A program made the position numbers and the translations under genes. Shown here piece after piece: positions 8,012 through 19,937 of a DNA stretch of 32,000 nucleotides (the first letter of the stretch is position 1; each line of letters starts with the position of its first letter). Location of the stretch: assembly GCF_016127575.1 (NCBI RefSeq), contig NZ_CP066018.1, positions 3,510,001 through 3,542,000 on the forward strand. The letters run 5' to 3'. The notes beneath the pieces are model-generated. The model saw nothing but the letters and a program-made list of their open reading frames with translations. It did no database searches and was not told the origin of the DNA. This stretch comes from Cupriavidus necator. Its GTDB lineage: Bacteria > Pseudomonadota > Gammaproteobacteria > Burkholderiales > Burkholderiaceae.

Positions 8012-9979
8012 GCCAGCACCGCCCGCGACTGGCCCAGCCACGGCCTGGACTATGCCGAGACCCGCTTCAGCCGGCTCAGGCAGATCGATGCCGCCAACGT
8101 GCGCGACCTGGGGCTGGTGTGGACCTACAACCTGGAGTCGACCCGCGGCGTGGAGGCAACCCCGCTGGTGGTGGACGGCGTGATGTACGTCACCGCGTCA
8201 TGGAGCGTGGTGCATGCGGTCGATGCGCGCACCGGCAAGCGGCTCTGGACCTTCGATCCCAAGGTGGACCGCTCGCTCGGCTATCGCGGCTGCTGCGACG
8301 TGGTCAACCGCGGCGTGGCGCTGTACCAGGGCAAGGTGTTCGTGGCCGCCTACGATGGCCGGCTGATCGCGCTGGATGCCGCCAGCGGCCGCAAGCTGTG
8401 GGAGAAAGACACCATCATCGACCGCAAGTACTCGTACACCATCACCGGCGCGCCGCGCGTGTTCAAGGGCAAGGTCATCATCGGCAACGGCGGCGCCGAA
8501 TATGGCGTGCGCGGCTACATCACCGCCTATGACGCCGGCACCGGCGAGCAGAAGTGGCGCTGGTTCACGGTGCCGGGCGACCCCTCCAAGCCGTTCGAGG
8601 ATGAGTCGATGGCTGCGGCGGCCAAGACCTGGGACCCCAGCGGCAAATACTGGGAGGCGGGCGGCGGCGGCACGGCCTGGGACACGCTGGCCTTCGACCC
8701 CGAGCTGAACCTGATGTACGTGGGCACCGGCAACGGCGCGCCATGGTCGCGCAGCAAGCGCAGCCCGGCCGGCGGCGACAACCTCTACCTGGCATCGATC
8801 GTCGCGCTCGATCCCGACACCGGCAAATACGTCTGGCACTACCAGGAGACCCCGGGCGACAACTGGGACTACACCTCGACCCAGCCGATGATCCTGGCCG
8901 ACCTGAAGCTCGATGGCCAGATGCGCAAGGTCATCCTGCACGCGCCCAAGAACGGCTTCTTCTTCGTCATCGACCGCACCAACGGCAAGTTCATCTCGGC
9001 AAAGAACTTTGTCGACGTGAACTGGGCCACCGGCTATGACGCCAATGGCCGCCCCATCGAGCGGCCCGAGGCGCGCGCCACCGACAAGCCTTATGACTCG
9101 GTCCCCGGTCCGTACGGCGCGCACAACTGGCATCCGATGTCGTTCAACCCGCAGACCGGGCTGGTCTACCTGCCGGCGCAGAACGTGCCGATCAACCTGA
9201 TGGACGACAAGGCCTGGAACTTCAATGAAGGCAAACCCGGCACGCCGCATGGCAACGTGGGCTGGAACACCGCCAAATTCCTGAACGCCGAGCCGCCCAA
9301 GGGCAAGCCCTTCGGCCGGCTGATTGCGTGGGACCCGGTGCAGCAGAAGGCCGCGTGGACGCAGGAACATGTGTCGCCGTGGAACGGCGGCACGCTGACC
9401 ACGGCCGGCAACCTGGTGTTCCAGGGCACCGCCGACGGCCGCTTTGTCGCCTATGACGCGCGCAGCGGCGACAAGCTGTGGGAGTCGCCCACCGGCACCG
9501 GCGTGGTGGCGGCGCCGGTCAGCTTCGAGTTGAACGGCAAGCAGTATGTGTCGGTGGCAGTGGGTTGGGGCGGGGTCTACGGGCAGGCCCAGCGCGCCAC
9601 CAACCGGCAGGGGCCGGGCACGGTCTACACCTTCGCCCTCGGTGGCAAGGCACCGCTGCCGGCCTTTGCCGAGTACCGCACCGCCAAGCTGCTGCAGGGC
9701 GTGAAATATGACCCGGCGCAGGTCAAGGCGGGCACCGGCCTGTACGTCAGCAACTGCGTCCTGTGCCACGGCGTTCCCGGCGTGGACCGCGGCGGCAATA
9801 TCCCCAACCTGGGCTATATCGATGCCGCCTATATCGAGAACCTGGACAAGGTGGTCTTCAAGGGGCCGGCGATGGCGCGCGGCATGCCTGACTTCACAGG
9901 CAAGCTGACGCCGGACGATGTCGAGAAGATCAAGGCCTTCATCCAGGGGACCGCTGACGCGGTGCGGCCCAAGCCCTGA
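7973..9979 (+). CDS. PQQ-dependent quinohemoprotein alcohol dehydrogenase (type II ADH, C-terminal cytochrome c domain); as sequenced it lacks an in-frame signal peptide (possible frameshift/pseudogene)
   Basis: Eight-bladed propeller motifs are present, including DWPSHGLDYAETRFSRL and the vicinal Cys-Cys of ADH quinoproteins (YRGCCDVVNRG). A C-terminal haem c site (CVLCHG) is also present. Frame 2 is closed by TGA at 7934-7936, so ATG 7973 is the only in-frame start and it gives no export signal. Confidence 0.85.
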   Translation: MRPPRLTAPLSVPASTARDWPSHGLDYAETRFSRLRQIDAANVRDLGLVWTYNLESTRGVEATPLVVDGVMYVTASWSVVHAVDARTGKRLWTFDPKVDRSLGYRGCCDVVNRGVALYQGKVFVAAYDGRLIALDAASGRKLWEKDTIIDRKYSYTITGAPRVFKGKVIIGNGGAEYGVRGYITAYDAGTGEQKWRWFTVPGDPSKPFEDESMAAAAKTWDPSGKYWEAGGGGTAWDTLAFDPELNLMYVGTGNGAPWSRSKRSPAGGDNLYLASIVALDPDTGKYVWHYQETPGDNWDYTSTQPMILADLKLDGQMRKVILHAPKNGFFFVIDRTNGKFISAKNFVDVNWATGYDANGRPIERPEARATDKPYDSVPGPYGAHNWHPMSFNPQTGLVYLPAQNVPINLMDDKAWNFNEGKPGTPHGNVGWNTAKFLNAEPPKGKPFGRLIAWDPVQQKAAWTQEHVSPWNGGTLTTAGNLVFQGTADGRFVAYDARSGDKLWESPTGTGVVAAPVSFELNGKQYVSVAVGWGGVYGQAQRATNRQGPGTVYTFALGGKAPLPAFAEYRTAKLLQGVKYDPAQVKAGTGLYVSNCVLCHGVPGVDRGGNIPNLGYIDAAYIENLDKVVFKGPAMARGMPDFTGKLTPDDVEKIKAFIQGTADAVRPKP

Positions 9980-9998
9980 GGGCAGGGCCGGGCCTCAG
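9976..9998. terminator. Possible bidirectional hairpin shared by the convergent ADH and Bug genes
   Basis: CTGAGG (9976-9981) and CCTCAG (9993-9998) form a 6-bp stem around an 11-nt loop. The stem embeds both stop codons (TGA 9977-9979 and TCA 9995-9997). The stem is weak and there is no U-tract. Confidence 0.3.
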
Positions 9999-10987
9999 TC
10001 CTCGGCCTGGAAGCCGGTCGCCTCCACGATCGGCTTCCAGGCGGCGCGTTCCAGCTGGATGCGGCGGCGGCCTTCGTGGCCGGGGCGCGCCACCACTTCC
10101 AGGCCCAGCGCTTCCAGCTTGGCCGCGGTGGCGGCGTTGGCCGAGGCCGCGAGGAACATCTTTTCCACTTGCGCCACCACGTCAGGCTGGGTGCCTGCCG
10201 GGACGAACACGCCGTACCAGCTGGTGGCGTGGTCGTACTGGCTGAAGCCCTGTTCCTTCATGGTGGGCACTTCGGGCAGCGCCTTGGCGCGGCGCGTGCC
10301 GCTCACGCCAAGGAAGCGCAGCTTGCCGCCCTTGTACAGCGGCATCATGCTGGCCACGGCATCCCAGCCGATCGACACATTGCCGCTGACCACATCCACC
10401 AGCATCGGCGATGCGCCGCGATACGCCGCGGGCGTGATGGCGATGCCTTCGGCCTTGCCCAGCGCCACCGTGCCGAGGTGGCCGGCGCTGCCGATGGTGG
10501 CCAGGCCCAGGCTGGCGCCGCCCGGGTTGCGCCTGGCCCAGCTCACGTATTCCTTCATGTTCTGGTAAGGCTGCTGCACGCCGGTCGCGACCGCGGTCGG
10601 CACATCGGTCAGTACCGCTGCGGGCACCAGGTCCTTGTCGGCGTCGTAAGACAGCTTCTTGTAGGTCAGCGGAAAGATCGTGAACAGGGGCGAGGGGCCG
10701 ATGAACACGGTCTTGCCATCGGGCCTGGCGCGCTTCACGTAGTCGAGCGCCAGGCGCGCCGACGCGCCGGGGCGGTTTTCGACCACCACCGTGCCGTGGC
10801 CGTCCTGGCGCAGCTGCTCGGCATACAGGCGGGCAAGGCTGTCGGCGGCGCCGCCGGGGGCGTAGCCGACGATGATATGCATCGGCTCGGCATCGGCCGC
10901 GCTAGCCGGAGCGGTCATGGCGAAGGTGGCGGCAGCGACGGCGGTCATGGCCAGCAGCCGGCGCGTCAATCGGACTTGATCAGTCAT
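9995..10987 (-). CDS. Bug/TctC-family periplasmic substrate-binding protein, 330 aa
   Basis: ATG at 10987 (MTDQVRLTRRLLAMTAVAAATFAMTAPASA signal peptide) followed by the Bug motif HIIVGYAPGGAADSLARL. The start lies 29 nt after the amidase stop, consistent with an operon. The CTG start at 11035 in the track is rejected. Confidence 0.88.
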   Translation of the reverse strand: MTDQVRLTRRLLAMTAVAAATFAMTAPASAADAEPMHIIVGYAPGGAADSLARLYAEQLRQDGHGTVVVENRPGASARLALDYVKRARPDGKTVFIGPSPLFTIFPLTYKKLSYDADKDLVPAAVLTDVPTAVATGVQQPYQNMKEYVSWARRNPGGASLGLATIGSAGHLGTVALGKAEGIAITPAAYRGASPMLVDVVSGNVSIGWDAVASMMPLYKGGKLRFLGVSGTRRAKALPEVPTMKEQGFSQYDHATSWYGVFVPAGTQPDVVAQVEKMFLAASANAATAAKLEALGLEVVARPGHEGRRRIQLERAAWKPIVEATGFQAED

Positions 10988-11016
10988 GGCAGTCAGGGAA
11001 CGATGTTGAGAGAGTG

Positions 11017-12444
11017 TCAGGGCAGGGTGGGCCACTGGCCCGTGAGGTCATGGACCGATTCGTACAAGGCCGCCACACGCAGCAGCTGCGCGTCGCCGCG
11101 GAACTGCCCGACCAGCTGCAGCCCGATCGGCAGCCCGTCGCCACCAAAGCCGCAGGGCAGGCTGATGGCCGGATGCCCAGTCATATTGAACGGCATGGTC
11201 CACGGGAACCAGTTCGCGCGCACATCGGGATAGTCCTGGCCGTCGATTTCGATCTGGCCGAACAGGTCTTGCTCCAGCGGCAGCGCGGTGCGTGTGATGG
11301 TGGGCATGGCGAGCAGGTCGGCGCGTCCCAGCAGCGCCTGCACGCGCAGGAACAGTTGCGAGCGCTCGAACATCGCCTGCTGGTATTCCACTGCGGTGAA
11401 TGCGGCGGCGGATTCCACCTGGCGCACGAAGGTCGGGCTCAGCGCCTCGCGGTGCTGGGCCACGATCGGCGCAAAGCGCGTGCGCCATACGGTGTGGTTG
11501 ATGGCACGCCAGACGGGCTCGACGTCGAACCCCTCGCCGCCGAACGGCTCCAGTTCGGCGCCCAGTGCGCGCAGCTTGTCCAGGCTGGCCTCGAACGCGC
11601 GCGCCACGTCCGCCGACACCGGACGGCCCGGCGGCGCCAGGCAATACAGGATGCACCGGCCACGCAGGTCGCCCTGCGGCTGCGCTGCGGCCACGTAGTC
11701 GGCGGCGGGCACTCCGATCGACCACGGGTCGCACGGGTGTTCGCCGGCCATGGCCTGCAGCATCAGGCCGGTGTCGGCCACCGTGCGCGTGGTCGGCGTC
11801 ACGTAGGTCTGGTTGCCGAACAGGTCCTGCGCCTGGCTGTGCGGAATCACCCCCTGGCTCTGCTTGATGCCCACCACGCCATTGCAGGCGGCAGGAATGC
11901 GCGTGGAGCCGCCGCCATCGGTCGCCACCGCCAGCGGCGCCATGCCGCTGGCCACTGCCACCGCGGCGCCGCCGCTGGAGCCGCCACTGGTGCGCTCGGC
12001 GTGCCAGGCATTGCGGGTGCGCCCGAACAGCGGCGAATCGGTCAGGCTTTTGGAGCCGAATTCCGGCGTGGTGGTCTTGCCGACCAGGATCGCGCCCTGC
12101 GCGCGCAACCGCGCCACCGCCACGGCGTCTTCGGCCGGCACGTTGTCGCGCATCGGCACGGCGCCAAAGGTCGTGCGCACGCCGCGCGTGTTGACGATGT
12201 CCTTGGCGGTAAACGGAATGCCGTGCAGCGGAGGCAGCGGCCGGCCGGACATCACTTCCGCTTCCGCCGCGCGCGCCGCGGCCATGGCCTCGTCCGCGCA
12301 CAGCGTGATAAAGCAGTTCAGCACCGGCTGCAGCCGCTCGGCGCGCGCCAGCACCGCAGCGGTCAGTTCCACCGGCGAGATTTCCTTGCGCCGGATGCGC
12401 TGCTGCAGTTCGGCGGCGCTGGCAAGACAAAGCGCTTCGCTCAT
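11017..12444 (-). CDS. Amidase (amidase-signature family, GatA-like), 475 aa
   Basis: ATG at 12444 (MSEALCLASAAELQQRIRRKEISPVEL) with AGGAGA 10 nt upstream. The amidase signature GGSSGGAAVAVASGMAPLAVATDGGGSTRIPAA and the catalytic Lys context HGIPFTAKD are present. Confidence 0.9.
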   Translation of the reverse strand: MSEALCLASAAELQQRIRRKEISPVELTAAVLARAERLQPVLNCFITLCADEAMAAARAAEAEVMSGRPLPPLHGIPFTAKDIVNTRGVRTTFGAVPMRDNVPAEDAVAVARLRAQGAILVGKTTTPEFGSKSLTDSPLFGRTRNAWHAERTSGGSSGGAAVAVASGMAPLAVATDGGGSTRIPAACNGVVGIKQSQGVIPHSQAQDLFGNQTYVTPTTRTVADTGLMLQAMAGEHPCDPWSIGVPAADYVAAAQPQGDLRGRCILYCLAPPGRPVSADVARAFEASLDKLRALGAELEPFGGEGFDVEPVWRAINHTVWRTRFAPIVAQHREALSPTFVRQVESAAAFTAVEYQQAMFERSQLFLRVQALLGRADLLAMPTITRTALPLEQDLFGQIEIDGQDYPDVRANWFPWTMPFNMTGHPAISLPCGFGGDGLPIGLQLVGQFRGDAQLLRVAALYESVHDLTGQWPTLP

Positions 12445-12602
12445 TGGACGGGCGTCTCCTGAAGATGGCCGCGCGTGCCGGTATCGGCGCGCGCAGGCGT
12501 GATGGCGATACGCTGGCATCTTACAACCGGCCCGCGCACGCGGGGACTATCGCCGCCAAGTGCCGTCGGCGAGGAAGCGTTCGGCCAGCTACGCGTTGCC
12601 GT

Positions 12603-12818
12603 TCAGGGGCGCGCCGGCGATGACAGGTAGGCCTGCAGGCCGTCTGCCGGCAAGGCGCGTGAAAACAGCCACCCCTGGCCGAACTGCGCGCCGCGCTCTC
12701 GCAGGAAGCGCGCCTGCTGCTCGATGCCCTCGGCCACGACCTCGAATCCCAGCGCCTCCGCCATGGCGATGATGTGCGGCGCCACCGAGCTGGAAGCCGC
12801 CTCGCGGCCGATGGTACT
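12603..12818 (-). pseudogene. 3'-terminal remnant (about 70 codons) of an EAL-domain (c-di-GMP phosphodiesterase) gene
   Basis: The tail of ORF 12603-13067 reads ...VAPHIIAMAEALGFEVVAEGIEQQARFLRERGAQFGQGWLFSRALPADGL. This matches the last conserved EAL blocks (xVVAEGVE...L...G....QG[YW]LFSRP[LM]P). Upstream of about 12818 no frame shows EAL or GGDEF similarity. Confidence 0.6.
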
Positions 12819-13082
12819 ACGCGGCGGCGCTGCTGCGCAGCACGCGCCGTCGCCGCGCGTATTCAGATTCCTTTTGCAAGGCGATGAATTTTTTCGTGCG
12901 CCGCGCAATAAGGCACGCATGACTTGCGCAATGCCGGCAGAATCCGGAAAGTAGGGGGAACGACTGCCCGCACAGAGGACCTGGCCCATGACCACCGCCC
13001 CATTTGCAAGACCCACACCATCGGCCCGGCTTGCCGCCCGGCACACGCCGGCCGTGATCCCGGGCAACGGCTAGGGGGGCGC

Positions 13083-15886
<2,804 letters not shown>

Positions 15887-15887
<1 letters not shown>

Positions 15888-16255
15888 TGGCCGCGCTCTA
15901 CGCCATCACCATCGGCATCCTTGCCGCGGGCGGCATCTACCTGCTGCTGCGCGAGCGCGTCTTCACCGTGGTGCTGGGGCTGACGCTGCTGTCGTATGCG
16001 GTCAGCCTGTTCCTGCTGGGCATGGGGCGCCTGTCGATCGGGCGGCCGCCGGTGATCGTGGCGGGCGCCAGCTATGCCGATCCGCTGCCCCAGGCGCTGG
16101 TGCTGACCGCCATCGTGATCGCGTTCGGCATGACGGCGTTCGCGGTAGTGCTGGCGCTGCGCTCGCTGGGGCTTACCGGCAGCGACCATGTCGACGCCGC
16201 CGGCCAGCCCGACGAGCGCGCCGCCGATGGCGGCAAGCAGGATCCGCGGCCATGA
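15887..16255 (+). CDS. mrpC: Mrp/Pha antiporter subunit C (NuoK-like), 122 aa
   Basis: ATG at 15887 overlaps the mrpA stop (TGATG), with GGAGGA at 15875-15880. It is a three-TM small protein (MAALYAITIGILAAGGIYLLL...LTAIVIAFGMTAFAVVLAL). Confidence 0.88.
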
Positions 16256-17793
16256 ACCACGCCGTGCTGCTGCCCATCCTGATCCCCATGTTTGCCGGTG
16301 CGCTGCTGACCGCGATGCCGGCCCAGCAGCTGCGCGCGCAGCGCATCGTCTGCGCCGTGGCCACGCTGTTGCTGGCGCCAGTGGCAGTGCACCTGCTGCG
16401 CCAGGCCGCTACCGGCGAGATCGTGGTCTACGCGATGGGCAACTGGTCGGCCCCGTTCGGCATCGTGCTGCAGCTGGACCGCACCGGTGCGATGATGCTG
16501 GCCCTGACCGTGGTGCTGGCCGTCGCCGCGCTGGCGGCGGCGGGAGAGGGCACGGCCCGGCAGGGCCGGCATTTCCATGCGCTGTTCCAGTTCCAGCTGA
16601 TGGGCCTGAACGGCGCCTTCCTGGCGGGCGACCTGTTCAACCTGTTCGTCTTCTTCGAGATCCTGCTGATCGCGTCCTATGCCCTGCTGGTGCATGGGGC
16701 AGGGCGGGCGCGCATCGGCGCCGGGCTGCACTATGTGATCCTGAACCTGGTGGCGTCGTCATTCTTCCTGGTGGCGGTTGGCGTGCTGTACGGGCTGTCG
16801 GGCACGCTGAACATGGCGCACCTGGGCCTGCGCCTGGCCGGCTTGCCGGCCCAGGACCAGCCGCTTGCGGTGGCCGCCGGCGCCATGCTGATGCTGGTCT
16901 TTGCGCTGAAGGCGGCGCTGTTCCCGCTGTATTTCTGGCTGCCGCGCGCCTACGCCAGCGCCACCGGCCCGGTCGCGGCGCTGTTTGCCATCATGACCAA
17001 GGTCGGCATCTACGCGATGCTGCGTTGCGATGCGCTGATCTTCGGCGGCCCGCAAGGGCTGCTGGGGCCGTTCCTGCATGACTGGGTGTTCTTGCTGGCG
17101 CTGATCACGCTCGCGGTCGGCGCGCTGGGCGCCGTCGCCGCCGGCACGCTGCGCGCGATGACCAGCTACCTGGTGGTGGCATCGGTCGGATTGCTGGCCG
17201 CCTGCGTATCGATGCAGACGCAAGCCGGCTGGGCCGCGGCGATGTTCTACCTGCTCAGCACCACGCTGTGCACCGCCGCGCTGTTCCTGCTGGCCGACGC
17301 GCTGGAGCCGGAGCCTGGGCGCGAGGACGGGGCCCCGGTCAGTGCCTCGCGGCTGGCCGGGCTGCTGTACCTGGTGGGCGTGGTGGCAGCGGTGGGGCTG
17401 CCGCCGCTGTCGGGCTTCCTCGGCAAGGCCATGGTGCTGCGCGCGACCCCGCCGCCGTGGGTGCCGGCGCTGTGGTCCGCGGTGCTGGTGTCGGGCCTGC
17501 TGCTGCTGGTTGCCGTGTCCCGCACCGGCACGCGGCTGCTGTGGCGGCTGCCGCATGAGGCCGAGCACGTGCCGGAAGGGAATGAGTACCTAGACGAAGA
17601 CCATCCCGGCGCGGCACGCGTGCGCGTGCGGCCCGATGCGCGCAAGCTGGCCTGCTGCGCACTGCTGCTGGCGGGCAATATCGCGCTGACGGCATGCGCG
17701 CGGCCGGTCAGCGACTATGTGGCCGACGCGGCGGCGCAGTTGCTGGACCGCGCCGCCTATCTCCGGGCAGTGCTGCCCGGGCAGCCGGGGTAA
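16252..17793 (+). CDS. mrpD: Mrp/Pha antiporter subunit D (NuoM/N-like), 513 aa
   Basis: ATGA overlap with the mrpC stop. Polytopic protein with the proton-pumping-subunit motif FNLFVFFEILLIASYALL and KAALFPLYFWLPRAY. Confidence 0.9.
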   Translation: MNHAVLLPILIPMFAGALLTAMPAQQLRAQRIVCAVATLLLAPVAVHLLRQAATGEIVVYAMGNWSAPFGIVLQLDRTGAMMLALTVVLAVAALAAAGEGTARQGRHFHALFQFQLMGLNGAFLAGDLFNLFVFFEILLIASYALLVHGAGRARIGAGLHYVILNLVASSFFLVAVGVLYGLSGTLNMAHLGLRLAGLPAQDQPLAVAAGAMLMLVFALKAALFPLYFWLPRAYASATGPVAALFAIMTKVGIYAMLRCDALIFGGPQGLLGPFLHDWVFLLALITLAVGALGAVAAGTLRAMTSYLVVASVGLLAACVSMQTQAGWAAAMFYLLSTTLCTAALFLLADALEPEPGREDGAPVSASRLAGLLYLVGVVAAVGLPPLSGFLGKAMVLRATPPPWVPALWSAVLVSGLLLLVAVSRTGTRLLWRLPHEAEHVPEGNEYLDEDHPGAARVRVRPDARKLACCALLLAGNIALTACARPVSDYVADAAAQLLDRAAYLRAVLPGQPG

Positions 17794-17796
17794 GCC

Positions 17797-18300
17797 ATGC
17801 TGCAGCGTCTGCTTCCCCATCCGTGGCTGAGCCTGATCCTGATGATCATGTGGCTGTTGCTGACCAACAGCCTGGCCCCCGGGCACTGGTTGCTGGGGGC
17901 GCTGCTGGGCTGGGCCATCGGCCGGCTGGCCGACCGCTGGCTGGTGCTGGGCGCGTTCCGCCTGTCGCGGCCCGACCTGATCCTGCGGCTCAGCATCCAT
18001 GTGCTGTTCGATATCGTGAAAGCCAACGTGGAAGTGGCCATCATGGTGCTGGGCCCCACCGCGCGCCTGCGCCCCGCCTTTATCGTGGTGCCGCTCGATG
18101 TCGAGCACGAGCTTGCCACCACCGCGCTGATCAGCATCGTCTCGCTCAGCCCCGGCACGCTGTGCGCAGAACTGAGCGACGACCGCCGCGCCTTGCTCGT
18201 GCACGTGCTGGACCTGGAGGAAGAGGCCGCGCTGGTCGAGCTCATCAAGTCGCGCTATGAAACCCCGCTCAAGGAGATCTTCCAATGCTTGCCATCGTGA
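17797..18300 (+). CDS. mrpE: Mrp/Pha antiporter subunit E, 167 aa
   Basis: ATG lies 3 nt after the mrpD stop. The N-terminus PHPWLSLILMIMWLLLTNS and the size and position in the operon are typical of MnhE/PhaE. Confidence 0.85.
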   Translation: MLQRLLPHPWLSLILMIMWLLLTNSLAPGHWLLGALLGWAIGRLADRWLVLGAFRLSRPDLILRLSIHVLFDIVKANVEVAIMVLGPTARLRPAFIVVPLDVEHELATTALISIVSLSPGTLCAELSDDRRALLVHVLDLEEEAALVELIKSRYETPLKEIFQCLPS

Positions 18301-18557
18301 TACCGGTCTGCCTGGTGATCCTGGGCCTGGCCTTCCTGCTGACCCTGGCGCGGCTGCTGCGCGGACCCAGCCTGCCGGACCGCATCGTGGCGCTGGACAC
18401 GCTGAATATCAACGCCATCGCGCTGATCGTGGTGCTAGGCATCAGCCTGGATTCGGCGCTGTTCTTCGAGGCCGCGCTGCTGATCGGGGTGATGGGCTTC
18501 GTCGGCACCGTGGCGCTGTCCAAGTACCTGCAGCGCGGCGACATCATCGAATACTAG
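18285..18557 (+). CDS. mrpF: Mrp/Pha antiporter subunit F, 90 aa
   Basis: AAGGAGA at 18271-18277 precedes ATG 18285, with a 16-nt overlap with mrpE. It contains the MnhF motif LLRGPSLPDRIVALDTL. Confidence 0.87.
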   Translation: MLAIVIPVCLVILGLAFLLTLARLLRGPSLPDRIVALDTLNINAIALIVVLGISLDSALFFEAALLIGVMGFVGTVALSKYLQRGDIIEY

Positions 18558-18567
18558 GGAACGCCAG

Positions 18568-18912
18568 ATGCTGCATCCTGTTGCGGAATTCATCGTGTGC
18601 GCGCTGCTGCTGGTGGGCAGCGTGTTCATGCTGGTCGGGGCGGTCGGGCTGTTCCGGCTGCCGGACTTCTTCATGCGGCTGCATGGGCCGACCAAGTCGA
18701 CCACGCTGGGCGTGGGCGGGGTAGTGCTGGCCTCGGTGGCGTACTTCAGCTTCCGGGGCGATGCCAGCCTGCATGAACTGCTGGTGACCGCCTTCATGTT
18801 CCTGACCGCGCCGATCAGTGCCCACATGCTGGCCAAGGCCGCGCTGCAGCGCCAGCTGCCGGTGGATCCGCGCACGCGCGGCAGCGGCTGGATGCCGCGC
18901 ATCCGCGACTAG
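18568..18912 (+). CDS. mrpG: Mrp/Pha antiporter subunit G, 114 aa
   Basis: ATG at 18568 follows AGGGA. It contains the MnhG motifs GAVGLFRLPDFFMRLHGPTKSTTLG and FLTAPISAHMLAKAA. Confidence 0.88.
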   Translation: MLHPVAEFIVCALLLVGSVFMLVGAVGLFRLPDFFMRLHGPTKSTTLGVGGVVLASVAYFSFRGDASLHELLVTAFMFLTAPISAHMLAKAALQRQLPVDPRTRGSGWMPRIRD

Positions 18913-19001
18913 GTATGGCCGCGACGGTTTACTTTCGCCGCAATGTGTCCTACACCCAGTCAGGCGATGCCGGCATCTTCCACGCCAGGGCAGGGGGTTT
19001 C

Positions 19002-19829
19002 ATGGACTTGCAACACTCGGACAAAGTCTTCGCGGGCGCGATTCCGGAAGTCTATGAGGCCCTGATGGTGCCGATGATCTTTGCGCCATACGCTGCCGAC
19101 ATGGCTGCCCGCATCGCCGCGCTGCAGCCGCGCCGGGTGCTGGAACTGGCCGCCGGCACCGGCGTGCTGACCCGGGAAATCGCCGGGCGGCTGCCGGCCG
19201 AGACCCTGATCGTTGCCACCGACCTCAACGCGCCGATGCTGGCGCGGGCGGAGCAGGCCGGCACGAGCCGCCCGGTGCACTGGCGCGAGGCCGACGCCAT
19301 GGCGCTGCCGTTCGCCGATGCCAGCTTCGATATGGTCGCCTGCCAGTTTGGCGTGATGTTCTTCCCCGAAAAGGGCCGCGCCTTCGCCGAAGCCCGCCGC
19401 GTGCTGGTGCCGGGCGGCACCCTGATCTTCAATGTCTGGGACCAGCTGGAATTCAACGCCTTTGCCCGCGATGTCACCGGGGCACTCGCCACGCTGTTTC
19501 CCGACGCACCGCCCGAGTTCATGGCCCGCGTACCGCATGGCTACCACAGCCAGGCCGCGATCGAGCAGGACCTGCGCCTTGGCGGATTCCAGTCCTCCCC
19601 GGTCTTTGAAACCGTCGCGGCAACCAGCCGCGCCAGCGCCGCCCGCATCCCGGCGGTGGCATTCTGCCAGGGCACGCCGCTGCGCGCCGACCTGGAGCGG
19701 CGCGGGCCGGATGCGCTCGGCCGGGCAACCGACCATTGCGAACAGGCGCTCCTGGAGGCTTATGGCGACGGGCCATTGGCCGGTCCGATGCAGGCGCACG
19801 TGGTGATGGTAACGGCGCCCGCCGGATAA
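19002..19829 (+). CDS. Class I SAM-dependent methyltransferase, 275 aa
   Basis: ATG at 19002 (MDLQHSDKVF...) follows a G-run. SAM-binding motif I is VLELAAGTGVLT; post-I is VATDLN, followed by FDMVACQFGVMFF and LVPGGTLIFNVW. The 29-codon extension to 18915 in the track has no support. Confidence 0.85.
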   Translation: MDLQHSDKVFAGAIPEVYEALMVPMIFAPYAADMAARIAALQPRRVLELAAGTGVLTREIAGRLPAETLIVATDLNAPMLARAEQAGTSRPVHWREADAMALPFADASFDMVACQFGVMFFPEKGRAFAEARRVLVPGGTLIFNVWDQLEFNAFARDVTGALATLFPDAPPEFMARVPHGYHSQAAIEQDLRLGGFQSSPVFETVAATSRASAARIPAVAFCQGTPLRADLERRGPDALGRATDHCEQALLEAYGDGPLAGPMQAHVVMVTAPAG

Positions 19830-19937
19830 AGCTGCCCGCCAGTTGGTCGCAGGTCATCGCTGGGCGTGCGCAAATCGCCGCTTGCGCCGATACTGTAGCC
19901 AGGCTCATGACGACTACAGGACCCTTGGGCGGTGGCC

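Noticed and set aside
7937-8015. Programmed +1 ribosomal frameshift in the ADH gene
   Set aside because: There is no slippery or shifty-stop context of the prfB type, and no upstream SD-like stimulator at the right spacing. A single-base indel in a C-rich run, either a sequencing error or a true mutation, is the simpler explanation.
1760-10987. Complete TctABC tricarboxylate transporters
   Set aside because: Only the periplasmic TctC/Bug components (1760-2752 and 9995-10987) are present. No TctA/TctB membrane genes are adjacent, so these are orphan receptors.
18915-19001. N-terminal extensions offered by the ORF track: methyltransferase from 18915, Bug from 3034 and 11035, crotonases from 3776 and 7604, amidase from 12519, mrpA from 12924, nitroreductase-like from 23100, acyltransferase from 29427
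   Set aside because: The extensions lack an SD, encode Arg/Pro-rich non-conserved sequence, often overlap the upstream gene, and would bury signal peptides. Downstream ATG/GTG codons with an SD or start/stop coupling fit the conserved N-termini.
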